Source of the DNA: Candidatus Latescibacterota bacterium
GTDB lineage: Bacteria; Latescibacterota; UBA2968; UBA8231
Direction: 5' to 3'
Assembly: GCA_965248265.1 (NCBI GenBank)
Contig: CBDFJF010000002.1
Location: 2,176,001-2,240,000 of the forward strand
DNA: 64,000 nt
Position numbers and translations under genes: made by a program. The notes under the pieces are model-generated. The model was not told the DNA's origin, made no database searches, and worked only from the letters and a program-made list of their open reading frames with translations. This document shows positions 35,987 to 46,613 of the stretch, piece by piece (position 1 is the stretch's first letter; the number at the start of each line of letters is the position of its first letter).

Positions 35987-37972
35987 CTACCAGACGTGGA
36001 CGCGGTGGCCCTCGTCGGGGAACCAGATGCCGTCGACGATGCCGGACAGTGCTACGGCCGCAGCGTAACCCAGGCCTAATCCGTAGAACAGGGGCTTACC
36101 TCTCTGGTAAGCCTGCACCCCTCCGTAGCGCAGCAGGGCGGCCTTGATGACCCACACGAGGAGCAGGCTGAACCAGTAGTTTGCCGGGCCCGCGGCGTTC
36201 TGGAAGGCGAGACCGACTGGATGCAGCGGGAACCAGTGAAAGCGGCTGCGCAGATAGGCGAGAGCTCCGGCCTCTGACATGCCCGCCACCCACACGCCCC
36301 ACTTGCCGATGTCGAACACCCTGGGATGCTGCACCAGGTTGGCAGTCTGTGGGTAGACGTTGAAAGCGTGGATCAGGTGGACGGCGCCCCCCTGGTCGTA
36401 GGCGACTTCGATGCTGGCCCAGGCCGCCACCAGGCAGCCGATCGTGAAGGCGATGAGGACGACGGCGCAGACGCGGCCGCGTTGCCGGCGCAGCGAGAAT
36501 ATGCGCAGGTGGTGGGGGATCGCGGGCCAGGCCGGAAGGCGGATGTTGCCGAAGAAGGCCTGGCTCGTGAACAGCTTGAACGCCACCACGTTCTTCGTCG
36601 ATAGGATGCTGGAGCCGACCAGTTCGGTGATGAAGGAGCCGCCCTTCATGTTGGCCCAGCTCGGCATCAGGTAGGGGAAGCCCGTGGCGGCGATCAGCTT
36701 GACCGTGACGAAAAACGTCATCGCCATGAGCAGGAACGTGCACACGGCTAGGGGCACCGTCGCCCCGAGGCTGACGCCGAAGCCGATGACGTAAACGGCT
36801 GACAACGTCATTCCGATGAAAGCAAGCCGATACATTCCGACCTGTCCGGCATCGCCGGTGCCGCCCCTGACCTGTCGCCAGACCTGGCCGAGATGGCGTC
36901 GCGCCAGCCATACCGACCAGATGGCGATGAGGACGATGGCGCCGAAACTCTCCAGATGCAGGATGTCGGAACTGATCAAGCGCTGGCCGGAAGCGCCGAC
37001 GCTGACCCCGAATTGATCCATGGCCCCCAACTTGAAGACGGAGAGCAGGTAGAAGAGGATGATGCTGCCCAGGATGTCGAGCGGGCACAGGTAGGTCACC
37101 GCCAGCACAAGGGGCAGGATGCGGATGGTCAACGCCGGAAAGGGCTGCGGCAAGGGGATGGTGTAGCGCTCGCGGAAGACCTCCACCATGGGCGCGCCCG
37201 GGCTGAAATAGGTGGCGATGTTGTAGAGCAACGGCAGGAAGACGATGCCGAAGCCGGCCCAGAACAGACTGGAGCGGAACAGCTCCGGCATGCGCCGGGG
37301 ACCGTCGAAGCCGCGCGTCAGTTCGAGGGGCATCTGAGCCAGTGGAAAGGTGAGCTTCTCGTTGTCCACCCACTGGCGGTGGAAGAGGATCATCAGACAG
37401 AGTCCGAACACGACCATGGCCAGCGAAGCTCCGCCCCACTGCGCGATGATGCCGATCCACACGTCCCACGGAATTGAAGCGCCATCCGGCAGGCCCAGCC
37501 ACAGGGGATCGATGACGCGTGGCTCGGGCCCGGGAAAGGCGTTCCACGGCATGAAGGGGACGATGAGGGTGTCCCACTGGTTCTCCGGCGTCGGCATGAA
37601 GGACGGCGCGCCCAGTATGGCGACCCAGTAGTCGCTCCACCCCCACATCGGCAGCGCCCCGACGATCCAGGTCATCGAGAACACGGTGAGCAGCTCGCCG
37701 CGACTCAGGGCCACGCGCGGCCACACCCGTTTGAGGGCCACGTTGAAGAACAGCCACAGCACGAAGGGGATGACGGCCACCATCGGGTACTGCGACTGCA
37801 CGAGGTTGATCCCCATGAACAGGATCAGGTAATAGAACCAGACTGCGATGGTAACGGCCCCGACGAGGACTCCGCGCCAGGTGATCGTCAGCTTGTCGTC
37901 TTCGGCCGGTAAGTCAGACCCCCGACTCGCGTGGGGCTGGGTTACGTCAGCTGCTTGAGCGGGGTCGGGCAA
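35987..37972 (-). CDS. DUF6785/DUF6784-type polytopic membrane protein (putative transporter)
   Basis: Many TM helices; LSRGELL, TPENQW, RQWVDNEKLTFPL, WFPLHPVG, LLRYGG. Confidence 0.8.
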   Translation of the reverse strand: MPDPAQAADVTQPHASRGSDLPAEDDKLTITWRGVLVGAVTIAVWFYYLILFMGINLVQSQYPMVAVIPFVLWLFFNVALKRVWPRVALSRGELLTVFSMTWIVGALPMWGWSDYWVAILGAPSFMPTPENQWDTLIVPFMPWNAFPGPEPRVIDPLWLGLPDGASIPWDVWIGIIAQWGGASLAMVVFGLCLMILFHRQWVDNEKLTFPLAQMPLELTRGFDGPRRMPELFRSSLFWAGFGIVFLPLLYNIATYFSPGAPMVEVFRERYTIPLPQPFPALTIRILPLVLAVTYLCPLDILGSIILFYLLSVFKLGAMDQFGVSVGASGQRLISSDILHLESFGAIVLIAIWSVWLARRHLGQVWRQVRGGTGDAGQVGMYRLAFIGMTLSAVYVIGFGVSLGATVPLAVCTFLLMAMTFFVTVKLIAATGFPYLMPSWANMKGGSFITELVGSSILSTKNVVAFKLFTSQAFFGNIRLPAWPAIPHHLRIFSLRRQRGRVCAVVLIAFTIGCLVAAWASIEVAYDQGGAVHLIHAFNVYPQTANLVQHPRVFDIGKWGVWVAGMSEAGALAYLRSRFHWFPLHPVGLAFQNAAGPANYWFSLLLVWVIKAALLRYGGVQAYQRGKPLFYGLGLGYAAAVALSGIVDGIWFPDEGHRVHVW

Positions 37973-37982
37973 GCGCGTTCAG

Positions 37983-38233
37983 CTACTCGAAGAAGGCTTC
38001 GTCGTGTGGACGCACGTCCACGGCATGGCGCAGCGGCGGCTGAGCGGCCGCTTGTACGGTGACGTTGGCGGCTTCGAGTGGCCGGCCCGAATCCACAGAG
38101 ATGACGCGGCCTGCGATGCGCCCACCATCAGGGGGGGAGGCCTCCGTCTCAACGGGCGGTTCGGCTGACGCCGCCACAACGCTGAGCACGAGGACGGCGG
38201 CGGCGCCGCCGCGGATGGCTACAGCGGTCACCA
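37983..38233 (-). pseudogene. N-terminal remnant of a carboxypeptidase-regulatory-domain protein (TonB-dependent receptor-like)
   Basis: Signal peptide followed by GRIAGRVISVDSGRPLEAANVTV, then an early stop. Confidence 0.6.
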
Positions 38234-38236
38234 TCG

Positions 38237-39505
38237 TCACTGCAAGGCGCAATTGTACAGCTTCGCGGGGTTATCGCGGAAGGCCGCGCGCGCCACATCC
38301 AGGGCGACGGACTCCGACAGAGATCCTTCCTCTATCATCTCCGCCAGGACGTGAGCGAAATTCCACCGCGCCATCTTCAGGTGGCCGTAGACGGCTTCCA
38401 GATGCTGCAGGTCGTCGCCGAAGGCGATGATCTTGTTGCAGGGGACCATGCGCAGCCACTCGCGCAGATCGGCGCGGGCGCCGATGGGGGAGATGATGTG
38501 GATCCACGACATGTTCAAATAGACATTGGGAAAGGTCTTACCGAGGACGGCCCCCTCGCGCAGGTAGGGATAGCCGGCGTGCGACAGGTCGAAGCGAGCC
38601 TCGCGGAAGGTCGACATGAGCTCCGTCAGCGGTGCTGGACTACATCCTTCCATGCCGACGAAACTCGAGGCTCTCATACCCTGGTGAAACTGGACAGCGA
38701 GCCCGACTTCGGATGCCGCCCGGCAACACTCGAAGACGAGGTAATCCTCGAGCAGCGCGCCCTGAGGCGAATTGAGGCCGTCGTAGTCGTCGCGCATGAA
38801 GCGGTCGAATATCGCAGCCGCCTCCGCCGGGTCACGTCGCTGGAAATCCATGCGCCGATGGTAAGACTGAGAAAGCTTCACACCTGCCGCTTCGGCCTGC
38901 GCCCAGCTCTGGCAGGTCCGTGCGATCAAGTCGACGAGTCCCGGGAGGTCGGACACCGTGGCATCGTAGTCCTTCTCGATGCCGTGTATGTCTGCGGCCG
39001 AGTTCAGCATGCTGAAGCGGTTCAGGCGCGGCAGCGGCAGGAAGAATTCGCGATCCACCTCGACGAGGTCGTTCATGTTGACGACGGAGCGCTCGATATT
39101 GCTGCGGCGCTTCAGCACGTCGGTGTAGAGCCCGGGCTGAGCCCGCTGACGCAGGGCTTCGTTGATCGGCTCGATTGTGCCGGCGCTCAGTCCGTCGAAG
39201 CCGAGGAGGTCCCGCACGCCTTCCACGATGGCTTGAGAGTAGCCCGTCAGCCGGATCGACTTCCAGAACTCGGAGAAGATCTCCCAACGCTGAGCCAGCG
39301 GCAGGCCCGGCTGCAAGGCCTGCTCTATCTGCTCCTCACTCATGCCGGCACAACGCAGGTCCGCCACCGGATAGGCGTGCTCGAAGTACTTGAGAATGTC
39401 GGGCTCGAGCTTCAGGTACGCTGCCTCCGGCATCATGTGGGAGTGAGAGTTGATGCAGGGGATCTTGCGAATCTCGTCGAACAGCTCGCTGCGCAATGGA
39501 CTCAT
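38237..39505 (-). CDS. Amidohydrolase-family protein (uronate isomerase-like)
   Basis: INSHSH, VQFHQG, FDLSHAGYPY, PNVYLNMSW, KIIAFGDD. Confidence 0.85.
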   Translation of the reverse strand: MSPLRSELFDEIRKIPCINSHSHMMPEAAYLKLEPDILKYFEHAYPVADLRCAGMSEEQIEQALQPGLPLAQRWEIFSEFWKSIRLTGYSQAIVEGVRDLLGFDGLSAGTIEPINEALRQRAQPGLYTDVLKRRSNIERSVVNMNDLVEVDREFFLPLPRLNRFSMLNSAADIHGIEKDYDATVSDLPGLVDLIARTCQSWAQAEAAGVKLSQSYHRRMDFQRRDPAEAAAIFDRFMRDDYDGLNSPQGALLEDYLVFECCRAASEVGLAVQFHQGMRASSFVGMEGCSPAPLTELMSTFREARFDLSHAGYPYLREGAVLGKTFPNVYLNMSWIHIISPIGARADLREWLRMVPCNKIIAFGDDLQHLEAVYGHLKMARWNFAHVLAEMIEEGSLSESVALDVARAAFRDNPAKLYNCALQ

Positions 39506-39718
39506 CTTAGCGGTTGACTCCTGTCTGTGACCGGCTCTGGACGAGGTCGGGACGGCCGTGCGTGCATAACGAATTGATTTTATTCAGCATGCGCAAGTGC
39601 GATCGCCGGATTGCCGGACCGGGCACCGTCCTGATTACAACGCCGCCGGTGACACTTTTGCGCTTGGGAAGTGTCGCAATAGGGACCGCGACAATACCTT
39701 CTAAGAGGAGACACTACG

Positions 39719-40579
39719 ATGAAGACGACACTCTGTGCAATCGGCGCTTTGCTGGCCGCCACGGCGGGTTTCGCCGAGCCCGTCGACACGCAGTTCAAGT
39801 TCGACCGCCCGGCCGCCATCGAGTGGGTGACGGGAGAGCGCGTTGAGATCGAGTGGAATGAGGTAATCGACTCCCGCTGTGCCATCGGCGCGACCTGCGT
39901 GTGGGAAGGTCAGGTGACTGTGTCCATCGACGTCGTCGTCGACGGAGTCCGCAACGAGGACGTCGAGATCACCCTCCACGGTGAGGAGTTCGAGCGCGCC
40001 GTGGCCACGGTCGAAGGATTTCGGATTCAGCTGGCCGCCGTCGGTCCGTATCCCGTTCTCGACGTCGAGACCGAGCGCTCCCGCTACGTGGCGACCGTCG
40101 TCGTGTCTCCGGTGACCCCGACGGAGGAACTTCACGGAGTGGCCGCCCTCAACACGGAGTGGCATCTCGAGGCATTCGGCCGAATCGGAGCGGAGGAGCC
40201 GACCCTGCCCGGCACGGATGTCACGATCAACTTCGACGTCTCCGTGGAGGGTGTGGGGTCCGCGTGGGGGACCGGAGGCTGCAACGGGTTCACGGGTACG
40301 GTCCAGGCGGCCCCGATCGGCGCCATCGCGCTCAGCGATCTGGGATTCACCGACATGGCGTGCGGCGATCCGGCCGGCGTCATGGAGCAGGAAGACCGCT
40401 TCTTCACCGAGCTCCCCAATGTCATCGGCTTCACCATGGACGAGGCCCGCCTGGTCCTGCCCTTCGCGGGCGCTGACGACGTGGTCGGCACCATGATCTT
40501 CAGCAGAATGACCGCTCCGACGGCTGTCGAGTCCGCTAGCTGGGGGCAGGTCAAGAAGCTGGATCGACTCGACCGGTGA
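39719..40579 (+). CDS. Secreted META-domain (HslJ-like) protein with PTAVExxSWxxVK tail
   Basis: Signal peptide; DSRC...CVWEG; GTGGCNGF...TDMAC...MEQEDRF; tail PTAVESASWGQVKK. Confidence 0.85.
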   Translation: MKTTLCAIGALLAATAGFAEPVDTQFKFDRPAAIEWVTGERVEIEWNEVIDSRCAIGATCVWEGQVTVSIDVVVDGVRNEDVEITLHGEEFERAVATVEGFRIQLAAVGPYPVLDVETERSRYVATVVVSPVTPTEELHGVAALNTEWHLEAFGRIGAEEPTLPGTDVTINFDVSVEGVGSAWGTGGCNGFTGTVQAAPIGAIALSDLGFTDMACGDPAGVMEQEDRFFTELPNVIGFTMDEARLVLPFAGADDVVGTMIFSRMTAPTAVESASWGQVKKLDRLDR

Positions 40580-41334
40580 GGACGACGGGGATCCTCATAG
40601 CAGTCCTGCTGCAGGCGGGTGCCCCCGTAGAAGCCGAGCGCAATCCGGCAGCCGAGGGGTTCGATCAGATTGGCTCGGACGCCCGCGCGATCGAAGTCGC
40701 CGACGCCGTGATGGAACGGCTGGGCGGCCGCCCCAACTGGGACAACACCCGCTACATCGCCTGGCGCTTCTTCGGTCGCCGGTTCCACGTGTGGGACAAA
40801 TGGACGGGCGACCTGCGCTACGAGGCAGAGGACGGGCACGTCGTCCTCATGAACATCCACTCGCGGCAGGGCAAAGCCTGGGAGGCAGGCCAGCCCGTCA
40901 CCGATCCGGATTCAACCGCCGCTCGGATCGAGGCGGGCTACCGGGCCTGGATCAACGACAGCTACTGGCTGGTGATGCCGTACAAGCTGAAGGATACCGG
41001 CGTCACACTGAAGTACAAGGGCGTTGGAGAAACCGAAGCCGGCGAGCCCTCGGACATCCTCGAGCTGACTTTCACCGACGTCGGGGTGACACCGCAGAAC
41101 AAATACGACGTCTACGTCGACCGGGAAGAGCGCCTCGTGCGCCAATGGGCTTTCTACGCCGATGCGGACGATCAGGATCCGCGCTTCACCAGTCCCTGGT
41201 CGAACTGGCGTCAATACGGAGACATCTGGCTGGCTGACGACCCCGGCCGCTACCAGCACACGGACGTGGCTGTGTACGACGAGCTGCCGCGCGCACTATT
41301 CGAGGACCCCAAAGCCCGCTACCCGCGAAAATGA
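40576..41334 (+). CDS. Conserved secreted hypothetical protein
   Basis: GTGA overlap with the upstream gene; signal peptide; WINDSYWLVMPYKLKD, GVTPQNKY. Confidence 0.75.
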   Translation: MRTTGILIAVLLQAGAPVEAERNPAAEGFDQIGSDARAIEVADAVMERLGGRPNWDNTRYIAWRFFGRRFHVWDKWTGDLRYEAEDGHVVLMNIHSRQGKAWEAGQPVTDPDSTAARIEAGYRAWINDSYWLVMPYKLKDTGVTLKYKGVGETEAGEPSDILELTFTDVGVTPQNKYDVYVDREERLVRQWAFYADADDQDPRFTSPWSNWRQYGDIWLADDPGRYQHTDVAVYDELPRALFEDPKARYPRK

Positions 41335-41374
41335 CCGCGGTCGCCATCGCGGTGCCGGGTTCAGCGAACCGCTT

Positions 41375-42100
41375 TTAGCGGACGGCTCCTTTGCCGTATC
41401 GGCAAAACCCCTCAGCGAAAGTGCACTCCTTCATGCCCGCCGTGATCTGCGCCTCCAGGGCGCGGTAGCGGGCCAGGACCTCGTACTGCGTCGGCAGCGC
41501 CGGCTGCGAGGCCAGCGCCTTCATGGCCTCGATCTTGCGGTCCATGGTGGTGCCGATGTCGACGTAGAAGTCGGGCAGGAACTTGGTCACGGGGCTGGCC
41601 CCCAGCTGGGTCTCATAACAGACGAATTCCGCCACGGGGCAGGGGTCGTGCTCCGTGTCGATGCCGGGAACGTCCGTATGCCGCGCTGCCCACAGCACTC
41701 CCTGTGCCGTTTCGACGTGGTCTGGATGCAGGAAGTCGTCGATCCAGTGGCAGAGGATCATATCGGGCCGGAAAGCCCGCATCGCGTCGAGGACCTCGAT
41801 GCGTCGCTCCGGCCCCAGCAGCAGCGGTCCGTCGCCGTAATCGAAGCAGTCGATGGAGGCCCCCAGGATGCCGGCAGCCTTTTCCATCTCGGCTTTGCGG
41901 ATCGCCTTGATCTCGTCTACCGACGGAGGCGGAGTTTGCGCCCAGAGTGCCGGCGATTCGAGCAGCTCGCCGTAGGTCAGGTCGTGGATGTGCACGGCGG
42001 CGCCGGCGTCGCTGAAGCGGGCGATCGTCCCCCCGGCGCGTGAACAAAAATCAGCTGCGTGGGCGCTGAACACGAGCACCCTCTCGCGGTCCAAGAACAT
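41375..42100 (-). CDS. PIG-L/LmbE family protein (4-oxalomesaconate hydratase GalB-like)
   Basis: VFSAHAADF..RAGG, TYGE..ES, HPDH, YVDI, AEGF. Confidence 0.8.
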   Translation of the reverse strand: MFLDRERVLVFSAHAADFCSRAGGTIARFSDAGAAVHIHDLTYGELLESPALWAQTPPPSVDEIKAIRKAEMEKAAGILGASIDCFDYGDGPLLLGPERRIEVLDAMRAFRPDMILCHWIDDFLHPDHVETAQGVLWAARHTDVPGIDTEHDPCPVAEFVCYETQLGASPVTKFLPDFYVDIGTTMDRKIEAMKALASQPALPTQYEVLARYRALEAQITAGMKECTFAEGFCRYGKGAVR

Positions 42101-42181
42101 GGCGAAGCTCCTGTGGAATTCTCGCAGGACACATGTCCTGCTGATCGGGACAGGCAAGATGTGACACAGGCCGCAGGCGGG

Positions 42182-42774
42182 TCAATCGCCCGGCAGTTCG
42201 ATTCCGAGCGCGGTCAGCTGTTCCTCCACCTGCCGAGCCCAGCCGCGGTTGGCTGCCGGACTCGCCGGAGAGGGATGCAGGATGCCGCCGACCTCGACGT
42301 CGCCGACCACGTTCCGGGCGCGGATCTCGCCGAATTTGCCGACGCCGAGCACGTGTGAAGGCCGCACGAACTCGACGAGGGCGCAGAGCGTGCGGTCACA
42401 GACTTCGAACAGGGGATCCCGCTCCGTCACGGGCAGCTTGTCCGGGGTGCGGTTGCGGCCTGAGTCTTCCAGAAAGGCGAGGGGGCAGTAGTTCCACATG
42501 AAAAAACGCGCAAAGAACGATTCGGGCGACCCGAAGCGATCGCAGGCCCAACCCCACAGCCGTTGCCCGCTCACCTCGCTGCGCCCACAATCGAAACCCT
42601 CGATCGGGCGTTTGGGGTGCTCCGATCGAGGCCGGCGCACGCCATCGCGGATGCCGAGCCAGTCCCGCACGAGCCCGACCTCACCGAAAGGCACGCCCGT
42701 CTGAGCCATCGGTCCAACCTCGCACGTCTCTGTGCCAGCGCGCGCACGTGCTCGATGATTGTATCAGTTAGCAC
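42182..42774 (-). pseudogene. SMUG1-type uracil-DNA glycosylase with an internal deletion
   Basis: MAQTGVPFGEV, SEVSGQRLW, NYCPL, GRNRTPDKL, ILHPSPASP are present. The preceding GMNPGP motif is missing; a probable N-terminal stub (LTDTIIEHVRALAQR) lies out of frame. Confidence 0.8.
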
Positions 42775-43110
42775 ACGTCGGTGTGTATGACTCGTCACGC
42801 TGAGGCAATCCCCCCTCCAACGATCGTTTCCCGGGCCCGCCGTGATCTATGGGCTCACTTCATCCGCAGAATCCGGCTTGCGGGCGCCACGTCCAGCAGG
42901 CCGCCTGCTCTGAGCAGCCTGTGTTGCGTGCGATAACTGTCTCGTGGAGTCGTTCGTCTCGTCAGCCGACCTGTTGGGGATGCGAGACCTTCGTGTGACG
43001 GCTCTCGTCGTGCCACCTCTGTGCGACTGCGCCCTGTGACCAATCCGGGACGCCAACGTCGCGGCGCGTTTCGTGGGAAAGATTCGGGTAGTCGAGCCGG
43101 CGGGTGGCCG

Positions 43111-45375
43111 TCAGATTCCCGGTTGCACCAACGAGACACCGTCGCGCTCGAGGGCCGTGCCGTGCACGAGCTCTGCCGAATGCAGCCCACCTTCTCGGTC
43201 GAGACGAACGACGCAGGCTGTCCCCTCGAATGAGACTCCCTCATGTTCATACGTTCCGCGAGCGGGTGGCGAGCAGTAGAGATCGACGCCGCCATCGGGA
43301 AGGGTGATCGACAACCAGCCGCTGTCCGTCTCCGACAGTGCCTGCACGTGCGGCAAGGAGCCCTTGGCTGCGCAGGCTTCCGAATCGGGGCGCATCGGCC
43401 ACAACACAGTCTGAATCATCGTGGGCGTGGGGCCAGACCGCCGGTAGATGACGCACGGCGCCGGCACAGGTCGACCGGCTCCACCAGGCCCGCAGTACCA
43501 ACCCTGCAGGTCCGGTTCCTCGCGACCTTCAACGACTTCAAGCTCCACGTATTCGGGAAGGGCTGGTAGAAAGGCGAGATTGGCTCCTTGTGAGGTTGTC
43601 CGCACCGTGCGTGCGGCCGCGTCAACGGCCACGTCGATCGGCACGAGGTGGAAGAGTTGCTCATAGGTATGGTCGCCGCTTCCCGTAAAGCGGTCGGTGA
43701 TTATCCAGTACTCGGGTCCACCGGATTGGCGGGCTTTGACGAAAGCGATGCTGCGGTGATGGACGACCGAATTGCCCGCCGGAGTGCCGTATCCCTGCTC
43801 GTACTCGCCGGCGAGGTAGTCACAGGTTGTGCTGCTGTGCCAGGGATTCGTCAACGGCTCATCAGTCGTTTTCGGTCCGGCAAGCGACCGCACCTGGCTC
43901 TTGCCGTCGACGATGACCGTGTTGTGCGCGCTCGAGCCGTTGAAGAATTCTGTCCACGCCACGTCCCTGGGGTCTTTGCTGTAGCTATGGACGCCGAGAT
44001 CCTCTACGAGCGAGCGCCCGTAGGCCACCACCTCGACGGCCAGTTTACCCTCATGTCCGTGAACGACGCCGAAAGGGCCGACGTCGAAGAAGAGATAGTT
44101 GGTATCAGCGGCCCAGCTCGAGCGCATGATGCCGACCCCAGCCCATGAGTACCAGAACGAGATGTGAGCCGGCGCTTTGCCTCGCTCCCCCGACGTGGCT
44201 ACGAAGCGCAGATCGTCGCGCTGTTCGATTTCGGCCATGCGCCTGACATAGGGGAATCCGGATCCGCGCCTGCTGTCCCCCGTCCACACGTAGTTGCCGT
44301 CCGGCTTGGAGGTGAAGGCGAGGAACTCGGCCCGCATTACCATTGCTTGGGACAGGCCCTCCGGCACGGCGAGACCGTTGCCTCTGGTCAGTTTGAGCGC
44401 TTGAAAGACATGCAAGGATGCCCCGGCGACATACCCGTATGAGTTTTCCGTGGATGAGCCGTCGGGGTAGGTCCCGGCGTTGAGATAGTAGTCGGTGATC
44501 TCCCGGAGTCCGCGTTCGCGCCAACGTGGTGCAGCCTCGAATTCCGGCATGCCGACTCCGATCCATAGCAGCCCGAGGCCGTTGCACATCAGCTGATTTC
44601 CCGGTGCACCGATCACCCCCTCCATCGACTCGGCGCACGGGCCTGAGAGGAAATACTGGATCGTGCAGAAATCGCGCGGCGCCAACTCGTCCCAGGAGAG
44701 GATGAAGGGCATCACCTGCTGGTAGTGGATTGCCAGTTGCATGTCGGGAAGCCACATCCAGTCGCTCTTGCCCGGCAGGTAGACGACATAGTCGGTCGCC
44801 GTCCGGACCAGCTTGGCGACATAGCGCTCGTCGTCCGTGAGCCACCAGGCCTGCGCCAGGGCGCGCTGGAAATACTGGTAGACGAGACTCATCGGCCACC
44901 GCCTCCCGGCGCCACCCGGCGGTGGATGGTGCTCCCAATCCCACTCCGGTCCGAGATCCTGGACGCCGTCCTCGGGGTGGTAAGGGATGAATACCTTGTT
45001 ATCCAACAGCATATCAGCGTGATCGAGCAACGTGAAGTCCGAGCGCTGGAGACCTTCGCTCCGGTCCCATATAGAGCCGCGCTCATTGCTGATATATGGC
45101 CGCACTGCATCCCGATCACGCCAAGTGATCGTGTCCGGGCGGCGGCTCAGGAAGTCCCAATCCGCGGAGCTCGCCTTGACATTCGCCTCGGCTCCCCAGT
45201 CGAGGACGGGTTGCTCTCTCGCGCGGTAGTGCTGGAGGTAGGCCGCTTCGGCGGCTGCATAGTCACCGGCCCCGACCGCTGCGGATACGTCCTCGAGTCC
45301 GGGTGAGTCGAGTCGCATCTGGCCGAACATAGCGACGATGAGAGCATCATCGATTTTGGAGAAAGGCTCTGTCAT
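43111..45375 (-). CDS. Heparinase II/III family protein (polysaccharide lyase-like)
   Basis: YPDG..ENSYGY, MRSSW, FDVGPFG..HGHEGKL, AHNTVIVDGKSQ, HHRSI. Confidence 0.9.
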   Translation of the reverse strand: MTEPFSKIDDALIVAMFGQMRLDSPGLEDVSAAVGAGDYAAAEAAYLQHYRAREQPVLDWGAEANVKASSADWDFLSRRPDTITWRDRDAVRPYISNERGSIWDRSEGLQRSDFTLLDHADMLLDNKVFIPYHPEDGVQDLGPEWDWEHHPPPGGAGRRWPMSLVYQYFQRALAQAWWLTDDERYVAKLVRTATDYVVYLPGKSDWMWLPDMQLAIHYQQVMPFILSWDELAPRDFCTIQYFLSGPCAESMEGVIGAPGNQLMCNGLGLLWIGVGMPEFEAAPRWRERGLREITDYYLNAGTYPDGSSTENSYGYVAGASLHVFQALKLTRGNGLAVPEGLSQAMVMRAEFLAFTSKPDGNYVWTGDSRRGSGFPYVRRMAEIEQRDDLRFVATSGERGKAPAHISFWYSWAGVGIMRSSWAADTNYLFFDVGPFGVVHGHEGKLAVEVVAYGRSLVEDLGVHSYSKDPRDVAWTEFFNGSSAHNTVIVDGKSQVRSLAGPKTTDEPLTNPWHSSTTCDYLAGEYEQGYGTPAGNSVVHHRSIAFVKARQSGGPEYWIITDRFTGSGDHTYEQLFHLVPIDVAVDAAARTVRTTSQGANLAFLPALPEYVELEVVEGREEPDLQGWYCGPGGAGRPVPAPCVIYRRSGPTPTMIQTVLWPMRPDSEACAAKGSLPHVQALSETDSGWLSITLPDGGVDLYCSPPARGTYEHEGVSFEGTACVVRLDREGGLHSAELVHGTALERDGVSLVQPGI

Positions 45376-45619
45376 CGGGTACCGGTCAGGAGATGCTTTG
45401 CCTGAGGGGTTTGAAGCGGATAGTATGATTCCTGGCAGGGGCTTTGTCGAGTGTGATTGGCGCGGTGGCAGATGGAGTTGAGCAGCTCGCTGATTGACTG
45501 TTTACAGGTGTTTGTTATCAAAACATCGATTGAAGTATGTTGTGATGTATGCGAACCACCTTGGCCATCGACGGTCTGTTCCGGCAGGGCACCCGCCGAG
45601 TAGAAGCAGGAGGAATCAG

Positions 45620-46558
45620 GTGATGCCCATCTCGATGACGAAGCAGCAGGAGAGAGATTTCGACGAGGAGGGATTCATCATTCTCGAGGACTTTTTGTCA
45701 GAGGACGAGCTGGGCCGACTGTTGTCGGCGGTGGACGAGGTTGTGGCCAAGGGGCGCAAGGCGAAGAGCATGGGTCCCGACGACCCTTTCGCCATTCGCA
45801 ACCTGCTATCTCACCACGACGCCTTCCTCGATCTGGTCGACCACCCCCGAATTCTGCCACTCGTCGTCGACGCGATCGGATGGAACATCCAGGTTCGAAC
45901 CACTCACCTCGACTATCGGCCACCGTACCCCGAAAACATCCCGCCTGGCGATATCGGCAGCCCTGACGGAGCGGACAGTCAGGCCGGCTACGCCAATGTC
46001 AACTGGCACCCGGACCTCTCCGGCGATTACTTCTTCGAGGCGCCTTCCCTCGACGGACGACTGCCCTTCATGGAGATCAAGGTATTCTACGTGCTGTCAG
46101 ATCTCAGCGAATCGAACCGCGGCAACCTGTGGATGGTGCCGGGCAGCCACAAACGACCGCCGCAGGAACTGCGTGACGGGGACGGCAAGGTCGATCCGGC
46201 CGAAGCCGTGGAATTCAGGCTGTCGCCTGGCTCCGCCGTGCTCTGGCGCACCGCCACCTGGCACTGCGTCGGCCCGAATCTGTCGAATATGATCAGGAAG
46301 ATCGTGCACGTGGGTTACCACTACCGCTGGCTCCGCCCCGCCGACTACATCGAGCAGGACCCGAAACTCCTGGAGCGCTGCACGCCGATCCGGCGCCAGC
46401 TGCTGGGCGCCCTGCCCGCGGGTGCCCGTCCGCTGGGCGACGACCCGGACATACAACCACATTCGATGTACTGGATCTCGAAAGATTGGGACGCTGTGCC
46501 GTTGAAGGCCTGGGCTGAGAAACAGGCGGGATTCAAGCAGCCAACGGAGCCCCTCTGA
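45620..46558 (+). CDS. Phytanoyl-CoA dioxygenase (PhyH) family protein
   Basis: AGGAGG RBS; FDEEGF, WHPD, GNLWMVPGSH, TWHCV, YRWLRP. Confidence 0.92.
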   Translation: MMPISMTKQQERDFDEEGFIILEDFLSEDELGRLLSAVDEVVAKGRKAKSMGPDDPFAIRNLLSHHDAFLDLVDHPRILPLVVDAIGWNIQVRTTHLDYRPPYPENIPPGDIGSPDGADSQAGYANVNWHPDLSGDYFFEAPSLDGRLPFMEIKVFYVLSDLSESNRGNLWMVPGSHKRPPQELRDGDGKVDPAEAVEFRLSPGSAVLWRTATWHCVGPNLSNMIRKIVHVGYHYRWLRPADYIEQDPKLLERCTPIRRQLLGALPAGARPLGDDPDIQPHSMYWISKDWDAVPLKAWAEKQAGFKQPTEPL

Positions 46559-46613
46559 TTAGGGCCAAAGGCGCGTATGGTGGCTGCGAAGCGGATGGGT
46601 GGGTGGCACCTGC

